Shown piece by piece: positions 8,994-17,900 of a stretch of 57,796 bases of DNA. Each line of letters begins with the position of its first letter. The first letter of the stretch is position 1. The notes under the pieces were generated by a model. The model saw nothing but the letters and a program-made list of their open reading frames with translations. It was not told where the DNA came from and searched no databases. The stretch covers positions 1 to 57,796 of the forward strand of contig JBDRGF010000014.1 in NCBI GenBank assembly GCA_043818055.1, in the 5' to 3' direction. This DNA comes from Pseudomonadota bacterium (GTDB lineage Bacteria > UBA10199 > 2-02-FULL-44-16 > JBDRGF01). The translations under genes were made by a program, and so were the position numbers.

Positions 8994-11900
8994 ATGTATA
9001 TTATTCTTAAAAAACATATTTTAATTTTTCTACTTCTCACTCTTTTTCTAATTCCGCTTTCCGTCAAAAGTTTTGAATGGGGGGATCTCTTGAATCCCTT
9101 TTCTTCTGAAGGGGGCGAAATTTTAGAAGAGGTTATTCCGGATAGCGAGCGATTTGTGACTGAAGAGGGTGAGCCTGTTGAAGAGGAGGAGGGCTTTTCC
9201 TATGCCGATGTCTATTTCACTGAGCCTGAAAACTACAAAAAAAATTATGCTGAGGTAGTAGAGAGAGGTTATGAGGAACAGGTTCGTGAATTGATGCAGG
9301 AAAATGGTTTTGCAATGATAACAAGCGCTGAAATTGTCATCGCTGGCGATGAGAAGCGTTTTTTGTTGGAGCTGGGTGAGGCGAATCAACTAATTATCGA
9401 TGTTGAATATGAAGTAGGGGCTGCTATCGATGATCCTCTCTATCTCTACATCTCCTCGTTTACAAGTAACGATACTGAAGAATATCAGATGATGGGTCCA
9501 GGATATGAGGTCGATGTACAGGGAAATATCGAAGGTAAACATCTCACCTTCACATTTAAAAATCCCGAGATTGAGGAGTATATGAATCAAATTATGGAGA
9601 TGATGGATCCTGAGGAGTTGGAGCAGATTTTGGCTGGTCAAAAAAAGTTCGATTCAAACTTTTTTCATGAACTGTTTTCGAAGCTTCACGTGGTGAAAAA
9701 TGCCTATGCTCAAGAGTATCCAGCAGAGCTTGGCGAGGGGCCGATAGAGACACCATTCGTTGAGGGCGGTATCTATGAGCCAGGTGAGATTGGAACGCCA
9801 CAGCCATACGGTGTTAGTGAAGGTGGCGCGTCTCCAGAAAACCCAGTTCCCTGGGGTGATACGGGCGCCCCACCTGGAAAGAAGGAATATCCAAACGAAT
9901 CGCCATATCAGATTGTGGGGGAGGAGTATGGGTTTGGTATTGGAAAACATGATGGCAGAATACCGGCGCGGTATTTTACGATCTTTCCCTCAGTTTACAA
10001 TTTCAAAGAGCGAGGTATCGAATATAACCCTGGCAATCCGCGCGATATAAAAGATTTTCTCGAGGGGAAATTTGCGGGTCAGGAGCTTAGCTACAAATTT
10101 AAGATGCGTGTTATTCGCGATAAAGCAGTTGCCAAAGCACCAACGAAACCTAAACAAGCATCCACCGCTCAAGCAGGCTGTGTTTATATTCGATACGACC
10201 AGACGATGCCGAGCTATGTACGTAACGTTCCGACCAATTTGATGGGTTTAGAACCTTTTCAAAAATATCCGATCTACAAACTCTGTGGCATGAATAAGCT
10301 TTACAGCGCGGCGAAGGATCCGATCCTATCCGAAAATTTTACCAGAATGCTCAATGGCGTCATCACGCGCATATGGAAGTACACTACCGGTTTCGGTTTG
10401 ATGGCTGATTCTCTCAAAATAGGCTACTATCCTAAAGGACTCAATTATCATGAGGTTGATATTGAATTAAAAAACGCAAGTGAGATGGGAAAAGATCTAG
10501 GAAAAATGCGATGGAGCTATGGTGGTAAGAGTGCTGTCATTGGTGGTCAGACTCGATTGTTGGAATTGGGGGGAAGCAGTAAGTCACAACTTCAATTGAA
10601 GATCGATCTCAACTTGGATGAGCTTTTGAAATATTCGCAGATACCGAAGACCTCTCAAGGCTTTAGTGGAGAGGATCTGATGTGCGGGGTTGTCGCAGAG
10701 CAGGTGATGCGCTCCTTTTCTCATTATAATATTTATTATAGGGGAAATTCGAATAAACACTGGGATTGGTATACGAAGGGAGCCGTGACCGATGATGCTC
10801 TAGCTGCTTATATGATCGAGGAGATGTGCGATCTCGCTAGTCCTTGGGCCAATCCTCGAGGTCAGTTTCCAAAGGGATGGATCGGTTTTACAGGCGATCT
10901 ACATTTTAAGACGGCAAGCTCACTGCCATATCGTAACCTTAATGAACCCTATGTGCTGACGCCTGGCGGGTATATCTTCTCAGAGTACTTGAGGAGCACC
11001 GATAAATTTCGTGGTTTCTTTCTAGAGGAGATCATGAAGGGCAATGCGATCGACATTGAAGAGTATGTTTCGAAATTAAGTTTAGATCCGTCAAAACCTT
11101 TGACGCCCGAAATTTTAGCAGGATTGCAATCATTTGAATTGGCTCGTTATGTTGAGAATTTTCTCTTTTGCAAATTGTATGGTCAAAAGGTTATGGATTT
11201 CGATCTAAAGGATTTCGATGGCAGTGATCGGCATTACGATACGGCCAATCTGAAACTTCAGGAGGTAGGTTCGAATCAGTGGGATTACTATGCATGGATG
11301 AATTGTGGACAGATTGCAGCGTCGGTACCCAATAAAATTTTACAATCATTTTATGCTGATAAGGTGAATAACGTAGTCGGTATCTTTGATATGGGTAAGC
11401 TTTACGCAGCCAGCGCTAAGAAGGTTGCCGATGGATTGGTAGGCACATCTATTGCTCTGAGAGAGGGATATTCTCCAATCAATTTTATCGCCGAGCTAGA
11501 ACCGGCTGTTCCTTCAGGGTTGTACACATTTCGCAGTGGCAATGTCGATGTCGATGCGCCTTTGGCCGATTTGAGAATGCTCCCAATGTCGATCGTCTAC
11601 GGTTATATCGATTTCGCTCAGGTGCAAAAGAAGGATAAGGAGAATAAGAATAAGGTGACTTTTCAGTTCTTCGCTAAAGACGAAAATTTTATCAAACAAT
11701 ATCTTTCGAATGTTTATGTAATGAGTCTTGTGGTCTATGCGGATGGATCTATTAATTATGGCACGACAACATTGGCTCAGCTGCCATTCTCCAAAAATCG
11801 TATCGAAACTGTTGTCAATGCAGACAGGAATGGAAAGATCTTAGTCGATAAAACAACCGGTGAAAAGAGAATCAAGACGATGTTGTTAAAGGAGCTCAGC

Positions 11901-13628
11901 TTTGGCGATTCGCCTGCAGAGGGATATAACATCGGTGTGATTGATCGAATCTATATTGCCATAGTAAATGGCAATACGACAGGCCCCGTGGTCAACGCCC
12001 CTGAAGGCAAGTTTCAGATCGCCTGTACAAAAAAGGGGAATGAATGTGATAAATTTGGATTAGTCTGTGTTTCAGGTCTGAATGTCTGTAAAGGTCTTCC
12101 AAGTGTGACGCCGGTCTTAGTCAAAGCCTTTGCAGATTATGATAAGTGTCCCAAGGGAATGGAAATCAACAAAGAGGGAAAATGCAGCTGTCCAGATCCA
12201 AACAGTAAATGGGGAGAGACCTGTAATATGGGATTTGAACCAAAACTCTTTACTGAAAAGGATGGCTCACAGGGTTGTGCGTGTCGTCCCGATTGTGATC
12301 CGGGGCAGCGTTGGGATGATGAGAGTAAAGAGTGTGTTAATTGCGCAAGCGGTGAGTACAATGCTTATTTTGATCTGAAAAATCCAGGGAGTGTTACCGA
12401 ATGTCGTTCATGTGATTCTCAGATGAAGAATAGCAAAGTTGAATGGACCAATACCTCAAGCACACAGTCGGGAAATCCGATTATCACACCAGATTCAAAA
12501 GCCAAGTGTGAGTGCCCAGATAAATTTAATGAAGAAAGTACAACAACTTCAACAAAATCGTATTGCAAAGCTCCATGTCGAGAGGGCGATTACTGGTTTA
12601 ACGATCACTGTGAGCCGTGTCGCCATTTTGAAACCTCAAGCGACGATCGTTTGAAATGTGTCAATTGCAATACAACAGGGCAGGCACAGGATTGGCTCTA
12701 TCATCTAAAACCGACTAGTAAATATTTCATCATCTCACAGGATGATGCAATTCGAGGTTGTGGTTTTATCAAGGACCGATGCGGTTTTGCACATATGTAT
12801 AACTTGAATACGAGAAAGTGTGATAGGTGTCCAACCTACTCCTCTTCCGCATGGAGTCAAAACGATCCCAGCACAGGTCAACCGGGGCCTGTAAATAGTT
12901 GTGTCTGCAATTCAGGCGATCAGATTTTATCAGGACAGCGCTGTCCGACCGACTGTATCGACTTACAGAGAAATATCGGATGGGATCCGAAGAGCAAGAC
13001 ATGTATCAATTGTGGGACAAAGGCGATTTTGAATTCGAACTCCGATAAATGCATCGCATGTCCAAAATATGAGATCGCAGGGAACTATCCAGGGCAGGTT
13101 GGATATTCCTGTGTGTGTGATTCAGTTTGTAAGCAGCAAAAGCAGGCGGCTACCGCCGCCGCTCAGCAGCCAAAGTGCCAAGCGAATCAATGGTACAACG
13201 CTTCAACGAAGACATGTTCGACAAGGCGGTGTACTACAGATAACGATTACAGCAACTCAGCATGTGCTGGCGGCGAGGAGAAGAAGTATCATCTAGTCGT
13301 TGGTGGAAAGGCCTTCTGCTGTAAGTGCGGTGAGGTGGCAACCTACTTCGGTTGTACGAGTGGAGTGTTGCCGCCAGTGCCTCCTCCAGCGGGGTATGCA
13401 ACGAGTTGTCCAGCTGGAACTATTCTATCTGGAACTGTTGATCTGAATCCGGATGCTGAAGATTCAACGACAAAATTTCAGATGATGGTCTGTTGTCAAT
13501 CAACGCATCCTTATAAGATTAAATACGAGCCATATGTCTGCGGTTATGCCTGCTGCAGTTCGCCGGTAAGTCAGTGGGATGCTGCAAAATGTAACTCTGC
13601 TAACTGTATCACGACTCAGAAAAAGTGA
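8994..13628 (+). CDS. Giant secreted Cys-rich protein, cassette gene B copy 2
   Basis: ORF 8988..13628; ATG 8994 after GGGGG; signal peptide ending SVKS-FEWGDL; collinear with copies 1 and 3. Confidence 0.9.
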   Translation: MYIILKKHILIFLLLTLFLIPLSVKSFEWGDLLNPFSSEGGEILEEVIPDSERFVTEEGEPVEEEEGFSYADVYFTEPENYKKNYAEVVERGYEEQVRELMQENGFAMITSAEIVIAGDEKRFLLELGEANQLIIDVEYEVGAAIDDPLYLYISSFTSNDTEEYQMMGPGYEVDVQGNIEGKHLTFTFKNPEIEEYMNQIMEMMDPEELEQILAGQKKFDSNFFHELFSKLHVVKNAYAQEYPAELGEGPIETPFVEGGIYEPGEIGTPQPYGVSEGGASPENPVPWGDTGAPPGKKEYPNESPYQIVGEEYGFGIGKHDGRIPARYFTIFPSVYNFKERGIEYNPGNPRDIKDFLEGKFAGQELSYKFKMRVIRDKAVAKAPTKPKQASTAQAGCVYIRYDQTMPSYVRNVPTNLMGLEPFQKYPIYKLCGMNKLYSAAKDPILSENFTRMLNGVITRIWKYTTGFGLMADSLKIGYYPKGLNYHEVDIELKNASEMGKDLGKMRWSYGGKSAVIGGQTRLLELGGSSKSQLQLKIDLNLDELLKYSQIPKTSQGFSGEDLMCGVVAEQVMRSFSHYNIYYRGNSNKHWDWYTKGAVTDDALAAYMIEEMCDLASPWANPRGQFPKGWIGFTGDLHFKTASSLPYRNLNEPYVLTPGGYIFSEYLRSTDKFRGFFLEEIMKGNAIDIEEYVSKLSLDPSKPLTPEILAGLQSFELARYVENFLFCKLYGQKVMDFDLKDFDGSDRHYDTANLKLQEVGSNQWDYYAWMNCGQIAASVPNKILQSFYADKVNNVVGIFDMGKLYAASAKKVADGLVGTSIALREGYSPINFIAELEPAVPSGLYTFRSGNVDVDAPLADLRMLPMSIVYGYIDFAQVQKKDKENKNKVTFQFFAKDENFIKQYLSNVYVMSLVVYADGSINYGTTTLAQLPFSKNRIETVVNADRNGKILVDKTTGEKRIKTMLLKELSFGDSPAEGYNIGVIDRIYIAIVNGNTTGPVVNAPEGKFQIACTKKGNECDKFGLVCVSGLNVCKGLPSVTPVLVKAFADYDKCPKGMEINKEGKCSCPDPNSKWGETCNMGFEPKLFTEKDGSQGCACRPDCDPGQRWDDESKECVNCASGEYNAYFDLKNPGSVTECRSCDSQMKNSKVEWTNTSSTQSGNPIITPDSKAKCECPDKFNEESTTTSTKSYCKAPCREGDYWFNDHCEPCRHFETSSDDRLKCVNCNTTGQAQDWLYHLKPTSKYFIISQDDAIRGCGFIKDRCGFAHMYNLNTRKCDRCPTYSSSAWSQNDPSTGQPGPVNSCVCNSGDQILSGQRCPTDCIDLQRNIGWDPKSKTCINCGTKAILNSNSDKCIACPKYEIAGNYPGQVGYSCVCDSVCKQQKQAATAAAQQPKCQANQWYNASTKTCSTRRCTTDNDYSNSACAGGEEKKYHLVVGGKAFCCKCGEVATYFGCTSGVLPPVPPPAGYATSCPAGTILSGTVDLNPDAEDSTTKFQMMVCCQSTHPYKIKYEPYVCGYACCSSPVSQWDAAKCNSANCITTQKK

Positions 13629-13641
13629 TTTTGGTACCCTT

Positions 13642-13672
13642 CCCAATTCCGACCTACGAGGTCGGAATTGGG
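13642..13672. terminator. Hairpin after gene B copy 2
   Basis: cccaattccgacct-acg-aggtcggaattggg, perfect 14-bp stem. Confidence 0.65.
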
Positions 13673-13723
13673 GATTTATTCACTATAAAAATACCTTTAA
13701 AATCAACAATGTAGATCCAAAAA

Positions 13724-13752
13724 GCAACTTTTGCATCCAATTTGCCGATAAT
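13724..13752 (+). promoter_or_regulatory. Sigma-28-like promoter of cassette 3 small gene
   Basis: GCAAC-N15-GCCGATAAT; -10 is the exact FliA consensus. Confidence 0.7.
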
Positions 13753-13791
13753 ATATATAGCTAGAGGTGTAGCTATTTTAGGAGGTTAAGC

Positions 13792-14787
13792 TTGCAGTGT
13801 TCACCATCAAAAGGGCGCGCTTATAAGCGGTATTGTGGAAATCTTAAGAGTATTCCGCGTCGCACTGCTAAGCCTAAAAAGGGCTGTCATACCGGTGTAT
13901 ACTATTATTATCTCCAGTTAAAAAATGCCTCTAAAGGTAAAAATACCTCAGTTTCATATCGCTACAACAATGCTTGGTTTGGATCTTCAGAGCATATATT
14001 CATCATTAAAAAACCAAAAAATGCTTCTAAAAATAGCAGTGGTATATGGATGCGGATTAAGAAGAAGCTCAGTGGTTTTGGAAGTGGCAATTTTGAAATT
14101 AGAATCAACGAAGAGATGAATAAAATGCAAATTTATGGTGGAAAGAAGGGGTTAGAGTATGGCGCTCGCTGCGACGTGCCCAAGCTGGTCAAACAGGCTG
14201 GAAGAGAGATAATCGAACGCAAAAATGGATGTCTCGGTTTTACTGAGGTTAAGAAAAAATCGTTCTATCCATTGGCTAAGGTAACTCCGCTCTGTCGCAA
14301 CTCAATTTTAAAGCGATATAAGAGTATAGAGAGATATTGTAACCCGAAAAAGTTTGGCGTATCTCAAAAAATGTCTTCATATGATTTTCGTCATGGTGCC
14401 TGCAAATACTTAGTTCAAAGGGTTTATGGCGAGCTTGTGCGATATAAAAAAGTGCATCCAACAAAAATTACTTACAGGCCGATAGCCCTGACTCTTAAGG
14501 ATAACGAGTGTTCATATCAATTTGTTCTGAAAGGGAGAGGTAATACTCTTTTAAGGGTGTCGATGGATACCTATTTGAGATCGATGTCGATTGAATCTGT
14601 CAATGGATCAAAACAAAAGATACAGTATGGTGCTGACCCGCGTATCATTGTGAGCAAGAAGATCCTTGTTGATGGGAAGGAAAAAAGAATTAAGGTAAGA
14701 GGTCTTGATAAAACCTGTCTTAATCGATCTCAATTTGAAGCCCATCCACTCTATAAAAAGCTGATACAAATTCTTAAACTGAAGTAG
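13792..14787 (+). CDS. Basic hypothetical protein, cassette gene A copy 3
   Basis: 331 aa, TTG start after AGGAGG; motifs EHIFII..INEEMNKMQIY, PLCR..YC..GAC, CSYQF shared with paralogs. Confidence 0.85.
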   Translation: MQCSPSKGRAYKRYCGNLKSIPRRTAKPKKGCHTGVYYYYLQLKNASKGKNTSVSYRYNNAWFGSSEHIFIIKKPKNASKNSSGIWMRIKKKLSGFGSGNFEIRINEEMNKMQIYGGKKGLEYGARCDVPKLVKQAGREIIERKNGCLGFTEVKKKSFYPLAKVTPLCRNSILKRYKSIERYCNPKKFGVSQKMSSYDFRHGACKYLVQRVYGELVRYKKVHPTKITYRPIALTLKDNECSYQFVLKGRGNTLLRVSMDTYLRSMSIESVNGSKQKIQYGADPRIIVSKKILVDGKEKRIKVRGLDKTCLNRSQFEAHPLYKKLIQILKLK

Positions 14788-14916
14788 TTTAATATTAAGG
14801 TGCAACACATTATCGACATTTTGACGATTGTCATCCCTTTGACATTTCCCCCTCCCCTGTCATTTATAACTATCTTAAATTATTGATCTTTTTTTTACTT
14901 ATCCACAGGTTCTTAT

Positions 14917-14932
14917 AGGCATTAATTTTGCA
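14917..14932 (+). promoter_or_regulatory. Sigma-54 -24/-12 promoter
   Basis: AGGCATTAATTTTGCA; upstream TGTCA-N6-TGACA palindrome (14829-14844) and IHF-like site (14876-14888). Confidence 0.7.
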
Positions 14933-14973
14933 TACTATATCCCCTGGTGGGGTTTTAAACGCTGGGGGATTTT

Positions 14974-17900
14974 ATGCAGAAAAAATACTCTTTTGTTATT
15001 GTTTCACTAATTTTTATCACAACAATCTTTTCATCTCTCAAGCTTCAGGCTTGGGAATGGTCCGATCTCTGGAGGGCCTTTTCGCCTCCTGAGGAGAAGG
15101 TGGAAGAGCTGGATGAGGCAACAATGCTTAAAGTATCTGAAGGTGTTGAGGTGATGAGCGAGGAGGAGTTTAAAGTCGAGTATCCCGGTTTTGAATTCGA
15201 CGATGAAAAGAGGCTGTCCGAAGAACCTGCAGAGATCCTTATGATTGAGGAGAGGGCCCAGCTTCCTGTCATTCAGGAGAGGGTTGAATTGGAGCTTGAG
15301 CCGACTGAAGAGGTTGAAGCTCTCTCCCCGGCTCAGATTCAGCTGAAGAATTTAAGTGAACAGGCACCTCTTCTAGAGAAGGGTGAACTTATTCCAAACC
15401 TCTCCTTAGATGAGCTCACAGAAATTGCAGTGCAGGATATTGAGAATGACATCTCAAAACTAAAAAAAGAGAGAAGCTATGAGCTGATCGCACAGGATAA
15501 GCTGGTCATCTCTGCCGAACAGAATGTCGTTCGTTACGGGAGCGGTGATTCACAAATTATTTTTGAGCGAGAGATAGTTAATGGTTTCGGGGATAACGAG
15601 TTGATCGTCGAGATCAAAGAGTATGTAATGATTGATCCGTATGAAAATGCGGATATTGAAAATTACTATACCCCTCTCGGTAATGGGTTTGAATTTAAAA
15701 TCCATGGCGTTGTTCACAACCCGATTCATGTGACCTTGACAAATCCTGAGCTAACTCAAGTTTTAACGCAGGTTGCCGAGGTGATCGGTGAAGAGGTCGG
15801 TGCACCTGTAGAGGGTAATGTTGAAACGAACGAGAGAGATAAGGTTGAAGAGAGAATTGAGCTTCAAGAGGAACGTATTGAAAAGCCCGAGTCGGGAATG
15901 ATTTTAGAAAAGTTTGAAGGTCTGCTGCAAAAATTCGGCCTCCTAAAGACTGCATATGCTCAGGAGTTTGGCAGAACACCTGATGATGTCGATGCTCCAG
16001 GTGAGCGTGGTGTTGAGATGGGATCTGTTCCTGAGGTGAGGGAGTTTGGAATTGGTGTGGGAGGGCAGGATGGAAAAACAAAGACTCCCATTCCCTGGGG
16101 CGAGGGAGGCAAACCAAAGCCGAAGCGCAATCCCAATGAATTGAAAGGTTTTTATAAGGCGATGGAGGAGTCCTTTCCGCTTATAGAGAATAATATAGGA
16201 GGAGTTCAGTATAAGAAGTTTCCAGTTCCGGGGCAGGATCTCGATTTCAACAGGATGGGAATCACATTTACGATAGAGCCCGACACCGATCATATAAATG
16301 AACCCTCGTACGACGCAGTATCGCTTCGCGGTTTTGTGGAAGGTGTCGGGTTTGGCGCCCGTGGAGTTGGAATGAAACCGGAATTTATGGGGCGCCTATT
16401 CAAGACAGCAAAAGAATGGGGACATTCAGCCATTCAAAAAACGAAAAATATATTTACTGCTACAGATTATAACTGCATCGAGCTCTGGTACGATGGCAAT
16501 TGGAACTATGTCGGTAAGAGAAAGAGATATGCCCTTCATAATGTTTTTTATAAGGACAATCCAATTTATGAAATTTGTGGTGTTAGTGAAGGCGAGTTAG
16601 CTAGCCAGGCTTTTGAAGCAAAGGTTATAAAAAACGGTATATATGATGGCGGATTTTATGAAGCATTTTATTCTGCTCTACTACGTGTTTTTTCTTACTA
16701 TACCGGTTTACAGTTACCTAAGAATAGCTTTCCGGCATCAAATAATGGTGCACTCAATTTTCCCGTTCCGTCACTTCCAATTTCGATAAAGCTATCCCCT
16801 CACATTTTAATAAAAGATGGAAAGAAAATACCTAGGGAAACTGGCGGTTATTTAGCAACTGTGAGTTCAAGTAAGTATTGGATCGATTTTGATTCAACGT
16901 GGCTCTATGATGCTTTCAAGAACTCTTCAAGTTTACCACAAACATTGGCAACAAAGCCGATTAAAGGTGATAGGCAGCTAATATCTACACCTGCTCATGA
17001 ACTGATGCATTTTTTCGATTTTCAGAGTCTTCTCAGAAAGGGCGGTTTTTCGGCTTGGCAGAGGCTTACATCAACAACAAAAGAGGCGACAGCGACTTTT
17101 TCAGAAGAGGAGACTAGTGATGGGGGGTTGGCCTCGTGGCCATTTGTACAGGGGAAGTACTTGCAAGGGATTATCAGTCTTAACGGCATAGCTCATTTTA
17201 AAAACAAAAACCAATATACTTATCACATCCGCAGCCCTGTTATTGAAAGAGGCTATTTAAATTCTCCATACTTGAGATCGATAAAATATCGTGATGATTA
17301 CCTTAAAGATGTTCAAGGTGGTAAGGTGGAGGATATATTTGAATATATTGTTAACCAACGCAGTAAAAAGAATCCAATAGGATCGTTGGACGATATGAGG
17401 GGAATGGAGATCAATCGATTTTTTCAAAACCTTCTCGAATGCAAGATCTATAAACAAGGCGGTTATGATATTCTTGGTATGCCAGTTGTGGATACGCGAG
17501 ATAAATATTTCGATGCCTTTGGAGATAAGTTTGAGGAATTTGAGACAAATACAAGTCAATACGATTTCTACGATTGGTTGAAATGTAGAAATTATGGGAT
17601 TCCAGGTCAAGAGGTTGTAAGCGCCTTTAGGGAGAGTAAAAATAATCTCTCAGATATCACAAGTCTGAATTTGGGGGCTCAGTCGGTTTATTACGATAAT
17701 ACACAATGGTTATGGAAACCGTTCTGTTATGATGCTGAACAGTTAAAAAAGAAGATTATGTACAATGTGTTGAGGTTGGATCCAGGCGATAAGATTTATA
17801 AGGTCAAGATTGGCTCTTTTAATTCGGCACTCATTCCGACGTTGGCCTGTTTGAAGCCCTTTGATAATTCTCTCAAATATGAGCTCGAAGGGGCTGAGGT

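Noticed and set aside
14899..14907. Perfect DnaA box TTATCCACA
   Set aside because: Single box with no origin context
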